From an uncultured SAR86 cluster bacterium (GTDB lineage Bacteria > Pseudomonadota > Gammaproteobacteria > Magnimaribacterales > Magnimaribacteraceae), in contig CACMAF010000003.1 of the NCBI GenBank assembly GCA_902611645.1, positions 10,072 through 74,071 on the forward strand: a stretch of DNA of 64,000 nucleotides, given 5' to 3'. Under the pieces are notes generated by a model. That model saw nothing but the letters and a program-made list of their open reading frames with translations, had not been told where the DNA came from and did no database searches. The translations under genes and the position numbers were made by a program. Positions 43,376-54,414 of the stretch are shown here, piece after piece; position 1 is the stretch's first letter; the number at the start of each line of letters is the position of its first letter.

Positions 43376-44149
43376 TTATTTAAAGTTAGGTTGTCTCTTT
43401 TCCATAAAAGCTGTGACTCCCTCAATATTATCTTCTGAACCTATAAGTGTATTTTGGGTTTTAGCCTCAAGGTCATAAATATCGCCATAAGTGCTGTCTA
43501 AAGCCTTTCTCATTATCTGTTTTGTAAGTTTTAAAGATTGAGAAGACCGGAGACTCAATCTATCTGCCCATGACAGTGCTTCGTCTAGTAAAGCTTCACC
43601 AGGAACTACTTTATTTATTAACCCTAATTCTAAACATCTACTAGAGTCTATTCTTTCGCCCTCTATTGCAATTTGATATGCAAGTTTATAGCCTACTGTA
43701 TTGGTTAAAAACCAATTTGCTCCCCCATCAGGAATTAGCCCGATATTACTGAATGCTTGAAGTATATAAGCTTCTTCAGACATGATGGTTAAGTCACAAG
43801 CCATTGCGTAAGCACTTCCTATACCTGCTGCAGCACCATTTACTGCAGATATGACAGGTTTAGGCATTGCCATTATCTCTTGTAGACTTGGTAAGTAACC
43901 TTCAACTAAAGCAGCTTCGGTATCTAACCATTTATTATCTCTTGCAGAAAGATCTGCGCCAGCTGAAAAACTTAGTCCTTCACCAGTCAAAACTATTGCT
44001 CGGACATCACTATCCCCTTTTGCCTCTATCAATGCTTCAAGAATATCTTCAGTCATTTTGGCATTAAATGCATTCCTTACTTCAGGCCGATTAAACTTAA
44101 TCAAAGCAACTGCTCCTCTTTTTTCGTAAATTACTGTCTCTAAATTCAT
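43376..44149 (-). CDS. Enoyl-CoA hydratase/isomerase family protein
   Basis: FNRPEVRNA, FSAGADL, PKPVISAVNGAAAG, GLIPDGG, EKRQPNF. Confidence 0.92.
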   Translation of the reverse strand: MNLETVIYEKRGAVALIKFNRPEVRNAFNAKMTEDILEALIEAKGDSDVRAIVLTGEGLSFSAGADLSARDNKWLDTEAALVEGYLPSLQEIMAMPKPVISAVNGAAAGIGSAYAMACDLTIMSEEAYILQAFSNIGLIPDGGANWFLTNTVGYKLAYQIAIEGERIDSSRCLELGLINKVVPGEALLDEALSWADRLSLRSSQSLKLTKQIMRKALDSTYGDIYDLEAKTQNTLIGSEDNIEGVTAFMEKRQPNFK

Positions 44150-44158
44150 AATTACTCC

Positions 44159-45481
44159 TTATTTATTTACATTATCATTCCATACTATAGAAATACCACT
44201 CTCATCTAAGTTAGTATGAAATTCATCACAAACCCATAAATCTCCAACTGCAGCTATCCGATCATTTATGTAGATTAGCGGAATAGAATTCCTTTTCCAA
44301 TCTGGTATCTCAAATTCTTGAAATAGATTTTTTATTTTTTGACTCTTATCTCTTCCAAAAGGTTTACATCTCTCTCCTCCAACTCTCGCCTTGATAATTA
44401 CATCCTCTTTGAGATATTTTTTATCCAATCCTTTTCCATAGGATTCTTGAGTTGAAAGTTCTCCAGAAGGAATTTTTATGGATTTTTTTAAATCCCAATT
44501 AACTCTTAAATTTTCTGGCAAAGGTCTTAAAGAACCTTGATCTATCATTCTTATTTCTTTTGAAGATACAATAATTCTCATATCAGTATTTAGTGAGTCT
44601 GAATGAATAATAAAACTCCTTGATTTTGAAGAGGGCTCTGCGATAGATGATAAGATCTGAAATATTAATTTTGAAGGAACATAAATATCATTTTCGTTGT
44701 TTAACCAAAAAACTATCACATTTTTCTGCCTCTCATTAGATAAAGATTTTAATCTTTGCATATTTATCTTATCTTTCCTGGCACCTATATAAGCTAAATC
44801 CTCTCTAGCTATATCTGTAAGTATCTTCTGATTCCATTTGGCCTCTTCTGAAAGCTTACCTATTGATTTACCGATAGAAGGCCATCGAGAAATAATTTTT
44901 GGCATTAAATCATTTCTAATCATATTTCTAGAAAATTTGGATTCTCTGTTAGAGACATCTTCAACCCAGCTAAGATTATGTTCTTGAGCATATTTGAGTA
45001 TTTCTTTTTTTTTATTTTTCAAAAAGGGTCTATAGAAGTTTATGTCACTAACTTTAGATATTTCTTTAATTCCTTCTAAGCCTTGAATGCCCGTTCCTCT
45101 AAAAAGTCTAAATAAAACTGTCTCAATGTGATCATCTAAATGATGCCCAGTAATAATTAAATCATTATGATCTGCCCAGCTTTTAAATACTTCATGTCGT
45201 TTATTTCTTAAAATGTCTTCAGAGATTTTATCTAAATCTTTGAGTTTCCAAGATTTAAAGTCAACCCCTAATCCATGTGCAATTTGAGCACAAAATTCTT
45301 CCCATTGATCGGAATCATTATTGATACCATGATTTATATGAAGGGCTGTAATTCTATCTTTAGGTATTACTTGATCTGAAATAAGATTAAGAAGAACAGA
45401 TGAGTCAAGTCCTCCTGAAAAGGCAATACCTAAGTTGTCAAAGTCATCAAGAATTTTATTGTTTAAAGTTAAATGTGCCAT
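44159..45481 (-). CDS. tilS: tRNA(Ile)-lysidine synthase
   Basis: SGGLDS PP-loop, HHLDDHIET, RPFL, TilS C-terminal domain. Confidence 0.95.
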   Translation of the reverse strand: MAHLTLNNKILDDFDNLGIAFSGGLDSSVLLNLISDQVIPKDRITALHINHGINNDSDQWEEFCAQIAHGLGVDFKSWKLKDLDKISEDILRNKRHEVFKSWADHNDLIITGHHLDDHIETVLFRLFRGTGIQGLEGIKEISKVSDINFYRPFLKNKKKEILKYAQEHNLSWVEDVSNRESKFSRNMIRNDLMPKIISRWPSIGKSIGKLSEEAKWNQKILTDIAREDLAYIGARKDKINMQRLKSLSNERQKNVIVFWLNNENDIYVPSKLIFQILSSIAEPSSKSRSFIIHSDSLNTDMRIIVSSKEIRMIDQGSLRPLPENLRVNWDLKKSIKIPSGELSTQESYGKGLDKKYLKEDVIIKARVGGERCKPFGRDKSQKIKNLFQEFEIPDWKRNSIPLIYINDRIAAVGDLWVCDEFHTNLDESGISIVWNDNVNK

Positions 45482-46428
45482 TAGATAGACCCATAGCTCA
45501 TTAACCTTTTGTATCTCCTATCAAGGAGAGAATCGATAGACATACTAGTTAACTCATCTAAGTTTTTGATTAAAACCTTAGATAAATTTGATGATGCTTG
45601 GTCAAAACTTCTATGTGCACCGCCCAAAGGTTCTGGAATAACTTCGTCTATTAAACCTAAATCAAGAACACTGTCAGCATTCAATTTCATTGCCTCTGCA
45701 GCAAGATCTGCTTTAGTAGAGTCTCTCCAGACAATGCTTGCGCAAGCCTCAGGTGATGCAACTGAATAAGTAGAATGCTCAAGCATAGATATATGATCTC
45801 CTACACCTAAAGCGAGAGCCCCACCAGATCCACCCTCTCCTACAACATTAACAATAATTGGAGTTTTTAAAGAAGACATAACTCTTAAATTATGAGCTAT
45901 TGCCTCGCTTTGACCTCTTTCTTCACTATCAATACCAGGATAGGCTCCAGGTGTATCGACAAGGGTAACTATTGGAAGTGAGAATCGCTCTGCTAACTCC
46001 ATTAACCTGCAAGCTTTTCGGTAACCTTCTGGTTGAGACATTCCAAAATTATGTAAAATCTTTTCTTCAGTAGACCTGCCCTTCTCATGCCCTATAAACA
46101 TAACTTTATATTCACCTATAGAACCAATCCCACCTATAACAGCTCTATCATCTGAGAAATGCCTATCACCATGAAGTTCATCAAAGTCATCAGAAATTCT
46201 TTCGATGTAATCAAAGAAATGAGGCCTTTCAGGATGTCTAGCAACTTGAACATTTTGCCAGGGAGTTAAATTAGAATAAATTTTTTCGGTAGTCTTGAGG
46301 ATAGACTCATTAAGTCGAATAACTTCTGTCCTTATTGACTCATCATCTAAATCCGAATCTTTTAGATCTATAACTTGTTGCTCAAGATCAGCAATAGGTT
46401 GTTCGAAATCTAGATAACTTTTTAGCAT
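45481..46428 (-). CDS. accA: Acetyl-CoA carboxylase carboxyltransferase alpha
   Basis: YLDFEQPI, DTPGAYPG, GEGGSGGALA. Confidence 0.97.
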   Translation of the reverse strand: MLKSYLDFEQPIADLEQQVIDLKDSDLDDESIRTEVIRLNESILKTTEKIYSNLTPWQNVQVARHPERPHFFDYIERISDDFDELHGDRHFSDDRAVIGGIGSIGEYKVMFIGHEKGRSTEEKILHNFGMSQPEGYRKACRLMELAERFSLPIVTLVDTPGAYPGIDSEERGQSEAIAHNLRVMSSLKTPIIVNVVGEGGSGGALALGVGDHISMLEHSTYSVASPEACASIVWRDSTKADLAAEAMKLNADSVLDLGLIDEVIPEPLGGAHRSFDQASSNLSKVLIKNLDELTSMSIDSLLDRRYKRLMSYGSI

Positions 46429-46437
46429 TAAGGATTA

Positions 46438-49400
46438 TTAATTTATGTGATATTGGCTATGATAAACGAACTTAACATTTTCTGGTCCAAAACGTTTGCC
46501 CAAAGCTTTTATTGAAGAATCATCAAGTCTCACTGAGAAATTACTTGGCAGAACAATATCTGCTGCCGCTGACTCTCCCTTGTAAGATATTAAAACTTGA
46601 TTACCTTCGCTACTATTTGCAATTAATTTTAAAGAATTAACCAACTCTTCTGAGCTGATATCATTATTTTCGATATCGATTTTAATATTCTTTACATACT
46701 CATGACGAGCTTGATCAAAAGTTAAGATCTTTTCAGCAATCATTTTATGTTTCGCAAAGTTAGAATATTCATCCTTCTCGATCATACCCTCAACAACCAA
46801 AACCTGTCCTTTTTTGAGCAAACTCCTATATTTCTCAAACACATCTGCCCAGATCGAGACTTCTATTTTTGACGAACCATCATCTAAAGTCGCGAAAGCA
46901 AATCTACCTCTTTTGCCCTGTCTTACATTAAACTGCATTAAACATCCTGCGATTCTTTGTGTGTGTTCTTCGGTTTGAAGTTCAGAGATAAAAAAACCAC
47001 ACATATTCCTAACCTCCTTCTTTTTACTCTCTAGAGGATGAGAATCTAAATAAAAACCTAAAGCACTCCATTCCGATGATACTTCATCAAATTCTATGTC
47101 ATCATTAACAATATCCTCTGCAGGAGAAATAATTTCTTCCCCAAAAAGATCTTGAATATTGCTCTTATTCCTCTCAGAAGCCTGTTCTGCATTCTTAAGA
47201 TAAGAATCAATTCTTCTAAAGAGATCCTCCCTCTTTCCGAAAGAGTCCATGGCACCAGAACCAATCAATGTAGTTAAAATTCTTCTATTTATTCTGTTAG
47301 ATCCAATTCTCATACAGAAATCATGCATATCTTTAAACTTTTCAATATTACGTTGAGAAACTATTTGTTCTACTAAAGATTCACCTATACCTTTAATTGC
47401 GCCCAAACCATATAAGATAGTTCTTGAGTCTAAGTCTTCAAATCTATATGAGCTCCTATTTATATCAGGTTTCTCAACTGATAATCCTATGTTTCTACAA
47501 TCATCTACAAATAATTGAATATTATCTGTATTTCCTAAATCACATGATAAGACTGAAGCCATAAATTCAGCAGGAAAATGAGTTTTAAGCCATGCAGTTT
47601 GATAGGCAATGAGTGCATAACCTACGGAATGAGATCTATTGAAACCGTAACCTGCAAATTGCTCTATTTGGTCAAATAGATTTGCAGCATATCTTTCGTT
47701 TACATCTTTCTTAACTGCCCCGTCTACAAATGTAGACCTCAGACTTTCCATTTCTTCTTTCTTCTTTTTCCCCATTGCCCTCCGCAAGATATCTGCTTGG
47801 CCAAGAGAGAAACCCGAAAGTTCTTGAGCAATCTGCATTACCTGTTCTTGATAAACTATTACTCCATAAGTAGTACTAAGTATTTTTTCTACTGATTCAT
47901 GACCATAGGTAACCTCTTCCCTACCATGCTTTCTATTGATATAGGAATCTACCATGTTCATACCCAAGGCGCCTGGACGATACAAAGCGTTCATGCTTAC
48001 AATGTCTTCAAAATCATTAGGCACTAATTGTTTTAAGTAATCCCTCATACCTCTTGATTCAAGCTGAAATATACCGGTAGTTTCACCTCTTTGCAGTAAT
48101 TCGAAAGTTTCCGAATCTTTCAAAGATAAATTATCAATATTTATGTGATCTTGCTCGTTTTTTGCTTTTGCATTAATTCGTCTCACAGATTGATCTATTA
48201 TCGTAAGAGTTTTCAGACCAAGAAAATCAAATTTAACTAAACCTGCAGACTCAACATCGCCCATATCAAATTGTGATGCTACTGTTCCTTTATCAGAATC
48301 TAAAAAAAGAGGTGTAAAATCTGTCAAAGCTGTCGGAGCTATAACTACTCCAGCTGCGTGAGTTCCAACACTCCTTGATAAACCTTCCAACTTAAGTGCC
48401 ATATCAAAAACTTCTTTTGATTCATCTGACTCATCGATAATCTCTTTGAATTGCTTATCCTTATATGCCTCTTCAAGGCTTATTCCTAAAACATCTGGTA
48501 TGGCTTTTGCAAGTCTATCGCCAAATCCATAAGGTTTGCCTAACACTCGAACTACATCACGTAATACAGCCCTTGCCGCCATTGTTCCTCTAGTACTTAT
48601 CTGTGCTACTGAATCTTTACCATATTTGTTTGTGACATATTCTAGAACTTTGTCTCTACCCTCAATGCAAAAATCTATATCGAAATCAGGATTACTAACT
48701 CGCTCTGGATTAAGAAATCTCTCAAATAAAAGATCATATTTGATAGGATCAATAGCCGTTATACCTAAGGCATAGGCGACTATAGATCCAGCGCCAGAAC
48801 CTCTTCCAGGACCAACAGGAATATCATTCTTTTGGGCCCAATTCACAAAATCAGCTACGATTAAAAAATAACCTGCGAAGTCTAGCTTACAGATCATATC
48901 TAATTCGTATTCTAGTCTCTTTACGTAAGTATGTTCATCCAGTTCATAAGAATCGGCGGACACTTTAAGGTCTTCTATTCTTTTTAGTAGGCCTTCATTT
49001 GAAATTTTTCTTAAGAATTCTTCTCTAGAATAGTCGTTTGGAACTTCAAAATCAGGGAGATAAAATTTTCCTAACTCCAAGTCGATATTACATTTTTCCG
49101 CTATTTTTACGGTATTTATCAGTGCTTCAGGTATGTCAGAAAATAACTCAAACATCTCCTCTTTACTTCTAAAAAATTGCTCTTCTGTATAATTTTTAGG
49201 TCTTCTAGGATCATCCAGAATATCACCTCTTTGAATACAAACTCTCGCCTCATGGGCTTCAAAATCAGAAGGAGAAATATCAGGATCAACCGCTGCTAAA
49301 AACCTTACGTTATTGGTTGCAACAACAGGAATTTCCATTCTTGAAGCAAACTGCAATACTGCTTCGTTGTATTCTTTTTCATTAGGCTTTCCCGTTCTTT

Positions 49401-49917
49401 GAACTTCAATAAAGAAATTATCCTTATAAATCTTTTTGAAGAAGTCTATACGAGACTCCGTCAATTGCTTATTTCCTGCCAAAATTGAATTCCCAATATG
49501 TCCTTCCAAGCCTCCCGATAAAGCTATTATTCCCTCTGAAAATTCTTCAAGCCAATTAAAAAGAACAATAGGATCACCATTTACTTGACCTTCAACATAA
49601 GCTTTAGAAACTAACTTTGTTAAATTTATATAGCCTTGTTTATTTGCAGCTAAAAGCACAATAGGAGCTGAAATTGAGTCCTTATCTTTTGCTACATTTA
49701 TCTCCGAACCAACAATAGGTTTAATGCCCCTGCTCCTTGCCGATCTATAAAATTCAATTAATCCAAAAAGATTAGTTAGATCCGTCAATGCAACAGAGTG
49801 AAATCTATAGTCAATACAACGATCTAGTAAATCATCAACTCTTATGATCCCATCAGCTAAAGAGTATTCCGAATGCACATGAAGATGAACAAAATCTAAA
49901 TTATCTAGTTGACTCAT
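46438..49917 (-). CDS. dnaE: DNA polymerase III alpha subunit
   Basis: FVHLHVHSEYS PHP domain, GRGSGAGS, PDFDIDF, YGFNRSH. Confidence 0.98.
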   Translation of the reverse strand: MSQLDNLDFVHLHVHSEYSLADGIIRVDDLLDRCIDYRFHSVALTDLTNLFGLIEFYRSARSRGIKPIVGSEINVAKDKDSISAPIVLLAANKQGYINLTKLVSKAYVEGQVNGDPIVLFNWLEEFSEGIIALSGGLEGHIGNSILAGNKQLTESRIDFFKKIYKDNFFIEVQRTGKPNEKEYNEAVLQFASRMEIPVVATNNVRFLAAVDPDISPSDFEAHEARVCIQRGDILDDPRRPKNYTEEQFFRSKEEMFELFSDIPEALINTVKIAEKCNIDLELGKFYLPDFEVPNDYSREEFLRKISNEGLLKRIEDLKVSADSYELDEHTYVKRLEYELDMICKLDFAGYFLIVADFVNWAQKNDIPVGPGRGSGAGSIVAYALGITAIDPIKYDLLFERFLNPERVSNPDFDIDFCIEGRDKVLEYVTNKYGKDSVAQISTRGTMAARAVLRDVVRVLGKPYGFGDRLAKAIPDVLGISLEEAYKDKQFKEIIDESDESKEVFDMALKLEGLSRSVGTHAAGVVIAPTALTDFTPLFLDSDKGTVASQFDMGDVESAGLVKFDFLGLKTLTIIDQSVRRINAKAKNEQDHINIDNLSLKDSETFELLQRGETTGIFQLESRGMRDYLKQLVPNDFEDIVSMNALYRPGALGMNMVDSYINRKHGREEVTYGHESVEKILSTTYGVIVYQEQVMQIAQELSGFSLGQADILRRAMGKKKKEEMESLRSTFVDGAVKKDVNERYAANLFDQIEQFAGYGFNRSHSVGYALIAYQTAWLKTHFPAEFMASVLSCDLGNTDNIQLFVDDCRNIGLSVEKPDINRSSYRFEDLDSRTILYGLGAIKGIGESLVEQIVSQRNIEKFKDMHDFCMRIGSNRINRRILTTLIGSGAMDSFGKREDLFRRIDSYLKNAEQASERNKSNIQDLFGEEIISPAEDIVNDDIEFDEVSSEWSALGFYLDSHPLESKKKEVRNMCGFFISELQTEEHTQRIAGCLMQFNVRQGKRGRFAFATLDDGSSKIEVSIWADVFEKYRSLLKKGQVLVVEGMIEKDEYSNFAKHKMIAEKILTFDQARHEYVKNIKIDIENNDISSEELVNSLKLIANSSEGNQVLISYKGESAAADIVLPSNFSVRLDDSSIKALGKRFGPENVKFVYHSQYHIN

Positions 49918-50470
49918 TAATATTTCTTACTGGCTTAAAACTTACCCTGTGCTCTAAAGTTATGCCATATGATTTTAATGCTTCTAGGTGCATCTTTGTA
50001 GGATAACCTTTGTGTTGTTTAAAGCCATATTCTGGAAAGGAGTTATCTAATTCCTTCATATAATTATCTCTATAAACTTTTGCAAGGATTGAAGCAGCCA
50101 TAATATTCTCATTTGACTGGTCTCCTTTAATTATAGTCCTAACTTTCAAATCCGTTTCAGGTGAAAACTGGCCATCGACAGAGATTAGATCGGGTTTCAT
50201 ATCTAAGCCATCTATGGCCCTCCTCATAGCTAACAAAGATGCTCTAAGAATATTAATATTATCGACCTCCTTAGCTGTACTCATTCCTATAGACCATGAA
50301 GTAGCATTAACTTTTATATCTTCTGCTATCATTTCCCTTCTTTTCTCAGAAATCTTTTTTGAATCATTGAGATAAGATATTGAATGTTTCTTGTCTAATA
50401 TAACTGCTGCAGCAAAAACTGGACCTGCTATGGGACCTCTTCCTGCTTCATCAACTCCAGCTTCAATCAT
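49901..50470 (-). CDS. rnhB: Ribonuclease HII
   Basis: GVDEAGRGP, DSKK, AASILAKV, HKGYPT. Confidence 0.97.
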   Translation of the reverse strand: MIEAGVDEAGRGPIAGPVFAAAVILDKKHSISYLNDSKKISEKRREMIAEDIKVNATSWSIGMSTAKEVDNINILRASLLAMRRAIDGLDMKPDLISVDGQFSPETDLKVRTIIKGDQSNENIMAASILAKVYRDNYMKELDNSFPEYGFKQHKGYPTKMHLEALKSYGITLEHRVSFKPVRNINESTR

Positions 50471-51587
50471 TTAATAACTTTAGAATCTCGAGAGAGGCCT
50501 TATCTGCCCCACCTGCTTTCAGCTTTTCTTTTATAAAAGTAAACTCATTTCTATAGAATTCAAGACCTCTATCCTCTAGTAAATTTACTGAAGAGATAAT
50601 CTTTTCTATAGTTGCTTCAGACTGCAATAGCTCAGGCAAAATTTTCTCACCTAAAATTAAATTTGGTAACGAAAAAGAGTCAATACTAAGTAAAGGTTTA
50701 ATTAATAAATAAGACAACCAATTTGTCTTATATACGGCGATACAAGGAGTGAATGATAAAGCAGCCTCTAAAGTTGCTGTTCCAGATGTAATTACTGCCA
50801 TAGAAGATTTCTTTAAGATATCTTGAGAATTTTCATATGAAATATTAATAAATCCTTCCATATCTTCCTTAAAAAGGTCAAGATGAGCAGAATTTGATAA
50901 TGGCATAAAAAATTGGTATTTTGGATTCATTAGCTTTAGTTTCTTTGCCACCTTAATCATTAAATCACCCATGAGTAAGATCTCCGAAGTCCTGCTTCCT
51001 GGTAATAACGCAATACTATTTTGAACTTTGGATTCTATTTCCACATTAGTAATACCAATTTTGTAAGATAAAGGGTGTCCTACATAACATGTCTTAATCT
51101 TTGAATTGGAATAAGCGGTCTCTTCAAAAGGAAAGAGGGTTAAAACAGAATCTATTGATCTCTCCATAGATTTTATTCGACCTTTTCGCCATGCCCAAAC
51201 TGACGGACTGACGTATTGTATTGTCTTGATTTGAAGATTTTTTTTCAAAAAATTTGCAACTGGAAGATTGAAGTCAGGTGAGTCAATGCCAATAAAGATG
51301 TCGGGATTTTGTTGTAGCAAATACTTTTTTAAACCCTTTCTAAGTTTTAATAATTTTCTTAAATTTAATAAAGGTTCAATAATACCCATTACGGATATCT
51401 CACTCATATCAAAGTGAGATTCAAGTCCTTCAGCTAACATCTTCGAACCCCCAACTCCTACAAATTCAATTGAAGGATTGATCGATTTTAAGGATTTCAT
51501 CAAAGGTGCGCCTAATTCGTCACCTGACGTTTCTCCTGCTACTATTGCGATCTTTAAAGTAGGTTTTTTTTGGGTATTCCCCATCAA
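50463..51587 (-). CDS. lpxB: Lipid-A-disaccharide synthase
   Basis: AGETSGD, IDSPDFN, YVSPSVWAWR, SGTATLE. Confidence 0.96.
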   Translation of the reverse strand: MMGNTQKKPTLKIAIVAGETSGDELGAPLMKSLKSINPSIEFVGVGGSKMLAEGLESHFDMSEISVMGIIEPLLNLRKLLKLRKGLKKYLLQQNPDIFIGIDSPDFNLPVANFLKKNLQIKTIQYVSPSVWAWRKGRIKSMERSIDSVLTLFPFEETAYSNSKIKTCYVGHPLSYKIGITNVEIESKVQNSIALLPGSRTSEILLMGDLMIKVAKKLKLMNPKYQFFMPLSNSAHLDLFKEDMEGFINISYENSQDILKKSSMAVITSGTATLEAALSFTPCIAVYKTNWLSYLLIKPLLSIDSFSLPNLILGEKILPELLQSEATIEKIISSVNLLEDRGLEFYRNEFTFIKEKLKAGGADKASLEILKLLND

Positions 51588-52354
51588 CGAGATATGCCTC
51601 TCTTAGAGTCTTCAACTGAACTTAAGAATATATCTACTTCTTTAAAATCCTTTCTCAAAGAATCAAGATCCTTTACAGCCTCATCGACTGTAAGTTTTTT
51701 TCTATAAATTGATCTATAAGCAGATCTTAAAGCTTCTATAGTTTCTTTAGAATAGCCGATTCTTTTTATCCCTGTTACGTTTATTCCAAAGGGTTTAGCT
51801 GGATTACCTCTGACTTTCACATATGCAGGAATATCCTTATTTACTGCGCTACCCATTGCACAAAAACTATAACTACCAATAGAGCAAAATTGATGAACTA
51901 TGGCATAACCTCCAAGTATTGCACCATCTCCAACATGAACAGAGCCAGCTAGTGCAGCCTGATTCGTTAGAACAATATCATTTCCTAAAACACAGTCATG
52001 CGCAATATGAGAATAGGCCATAATAAGATTTCTATCGCCGATAAGAGTTTCACCCCTATCTTGAATGGTGCCTCTGTGAATAGTTACACCCTCTCTAATA
52101 ATATTATCATCTCCAATTACTAGGGTAGTAGGCTCATTGTTATATTTCTTATCTGGACTTCCATCACCTAAAGTAGAAAACTGAAATATATGATTTCCTT
52201 TTCCTATCTTTGCAGGTCCTTTCAAAATAACATGAGACTCTATTTTGGTTCCGGCGCCTATTTCCACCTCCGGACCGATAAGACAAAAAGGTCCAATTTC
52301 TACTGAATTATCAATTTTGGTAGAATCGTCAACTATTGAAGAAGAGTGAATCAT
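51584..52354 (-). CDS. lpxA: UDP-N-acetylglucosamine O-acyltransferase
   Basis: Hexapeptide repeats, IREGVTIHRGT, HIAHDC. Confidence 0.96.
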   Translation of the reverse strand: MIHSSSIVDDSTKIDNSVEIGPFCLIGPEVEIGAGTKIESHVILKGPAKIGKGNHIFQFSTLGDGSPDKKYNNEPTTLVIGDDNIIREGVTIHRGTIQDRGETLIGDRNLIMAYSHIAHDCVLGNDIVLTNQAALAGSVHVGDGAILGGYAIVHQFCSIGSYSFCAMGSAVNKDIPAYVKVRGNPAKPFGINVTGIKRIGYSKETIEALRSAYRSIYRKKLTVDEAVKDLDSLRKDFKEVDIFLSSVEDSKRGISR

Positions 52355-52356
52355 GA

Positions 52357-52803
52357 TTATTTTGGCCTATCAGCACAAAGTATCATAGCCTTTGCTACAA
52401 GCTCATTCTCAACAGTTGCCGAACAATCAAACTTCCAAATTCCTTTCTTATTAGTTATTACCTTTGAATTCAAAATGAGTTTATCGCCAGGAATTGCAGG
52501 TCTTTTAAATCTTAGATCATCAGCTCCTACAAAGTAGTATATCGAACCATCTTGAGGCCTTTTATCCATTGTTTTGAAACCTAGGATACCCGAAGCTTGA
52601 GCCATGGCTTCTACAATCAAAACACCAGGCATAACCTGTTTTCCAGGAAAATGCCCCATAAAAAAAGGCTCATTAGTAGTAATATTCTTGTAAGCTTTAA
52701 TAGATTCACCAAGTACCATGTGTGTAACTCTATCCACAAGAAGCATGGGATATCTGTGAGGTAAAAACTCTTGAATTTCTTCTATATTTATTTCTACGTC
52801 CAT
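52357..52803 (-). CDS. fabZ: 3-hydroxyacyl-ACP dehydratase
   Basis: [28 protein letters not shown]. Confidence 0.97.
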   Translation of the reverse strand: MDVEINIEEIQEFLPHRYPMLLVDRVTHMVLGESIKAYKNITTNEPFFMGHFPGKQVMPGVLIVEAMAQASGILGFKTMDKRPQDGSIYYFVGADDLRFKRPAIPGDKLILNSKVITNKKGIWKFDCSATVENELVAKAMILCADRPK

Positions 52804-52807
52804 AATT

Positions 52808-53806
52808 TTACTTTTTAATTAATCCGTGAAGTCTTTTAAAGGCGACTGCATTTTTTTTCCAGTCGGAATTTTTCATAAATGGTGTGCCTGACGAGTAATA
52901 ACCGCTCTCTTTTATAGATTTTGTAATCAATGACATTGCTGTAATGTGTACCTCATCTGCAATCTCGATGTTATCAACAATGGCAGAACATCCCGCGAGT
53001 GTACAATTCTTTCCAATTCTTGTGCTCCCTGCAATTGCACTGTTACCTGCTATAGCAGTACCAGAACCAATCACTACATTATGTGCTATATGAACTTGAT
53101 TATCTATTTTTACATTATCTCCTATCAGAGTATTGCCGATTGATCCTCTATCAATTGTACTATTTGATCCAATTTCAACGTTAGCTCCAATTATCACTTG
53201 TCCTAAGTGCTCAATCTTTACCCATGAGCGATTATCTTTGGCAAAGCCTAAGCCATCTGAGCCAATTACTACTCCCGAATGCAGAATACATTCTTCGCCA
53301 ATATTTACGGAATCATATATTGACACGTTAGCGTATATTACTGAGCCCTTCCCTATTCTGCAGCCTTCACCAATAAAAACTCCAGGCATTAATACAACCT
53401 CGTCTTCTACAACGGCATTTTCTGATACTGTCACAAAATTTCCTATTGAAGCAGTATCAGAAATTATTGCCGTATCTTCAATAGCTGCTAAGTTAGAAAT
53501 TCCAGTTTTGATAGAAGGTTTTTCTTTGAAGAGCCCAGTGCATCTAGCGTAAGTTAAATAAGGATTTTCACATATCAATTTATTACCTGTGAAAAATTCT
53601 GAGTAATCTGTGCTGCAAATAACTGCACCAGCCTTAGTAGTAGATAATTTTGTTAAATATGACTCTCTAGCGATAAAGGAAATTTCTTGGTCTAAAGATG
53701 TTTCAAGAGTATTTATTCCGATTATTTCTTTAGAAGGATCACCTTCCAGTTCTGCTCCAAGGATTTCAGCAAGTTGAGATAACTTAAAGCTTTTTAGGGA
53801 AGACAC
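52808..53806 (-). CDS. lpxD: UDP-3-O-acylglucosamine N-acyltransferase
   Basis: Hexapeptide repeats, [19 protein letters not shown]. Confidence 0.96.
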   Translation of the reverse strand: MSSLKSFKLSQLAEILGAELEGDPSKEIIGINTLETSLDQEISFIARESYLTKLSTTKAGAVICSTDYSEFFTGNKLICENPYLTYARCTGLFKEKPSIKTGISNLAAIEDTAIISDTASIGNFVTVSENAVVEDEVVLMPGVFIGEGCRIGKGSVIYANVSIYDSVNIGEECILHSGVVIGSDGLGFAKDNRSWVKIEHLGQVIIGANVEIGSNSTIDRGSIGNTLIGDNVKIDNQVHIAHNVVIGSGTAIAGNSAIAGSTRIGKNCTLAGCSAIVDNIEIADEVHITAMSLITKSIKESGYYSSGTPFMKNSDWKKNAVAFKRLHGLIKK

Positions 53807-53811
53807 GAAAA

Positions 53812-54354
53812 TTAATCTTCTTTTTCATTCATAGCATCGATTACTTCTTGAGTTATATCGTAGCTTTGATCTGCATGAAGAAGTATTTGCTGTTGGGCTC
53901 CACTATTTATTAATAGTGTTATCCCTTTTGCTCTAATTAATTCAGTAACTATTACTTGAAATTTTTCTGCCTGTTCTTGTGAAAGCAATTGAAGAGTTTG
54001 GTTCCTGAATTGGTTAGTTTTTTCTCTTAAAAAATTTATATCTTGCTGGAGCGACTGAAATTTTTGAGCTGCCTCTTGTTTTTCTTCATCGGACATTGTG
54101 GGACCGTCTTTTTGAGTTCTCTCTTGGATCTCTCTAGCCTCAGTTGCTTTTGCTTGAAGTTCTTCAACAACTTCTTTCCACTCGTCTGAATTTTCTAATT
54201 CTTCAAGCTCTTTTTTTGCAACATTAGTACTAAATAAAGCTGCTTGAGGATCCAGAGTGGCAATATTTAAATCAGCCGACTGAAGAGTAAAAGTAAAAAA
54301 GGATGCCGTAAGTACGACAAATAAAGTTTTAAAAAATTTCATAGTTTTTCCCAT
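53812..54354 (-). CDS. skp: OmpH/Skp periplasmic chaperone
   Basis: Signal peptide, coiled coil, DIT..VI tail; between bamA and lpxD; start may be at 54342. Confidence 0.88.
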   Translation of the reverse strand: MGKTMKFFKTLFVVLTASFFTFTLQSADLNIATLDPQAALFSTNVAKKELEELENSDEWKEVVEELQAKATEAREIQERTQKDGPTMSDEEKQEAAQKFQSLQQDINFLREKTNQFRNQTLQLLSQEQAEKFQVIVTELIRAKGITLLINSGAQQQILLHADQSYDITQEVIDAMNEKED

Positions 54355-54414
54355 TAAGTAACCTGTCGTCGAATTCTACAGTTTTGTAAGCTAATTTAGT
54401 AGCATTAAGAGAAT

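Noticed and set aside
46438-49917. Possible intein or split in dnaE
   Set aside because: Length of 1159 aa is standard and the motifs are continuous
51584-53806. Periodic sequence in lpxA and lpxD
   Set aside because: Ordinary hexapeptide left-handed beta-helix repeats
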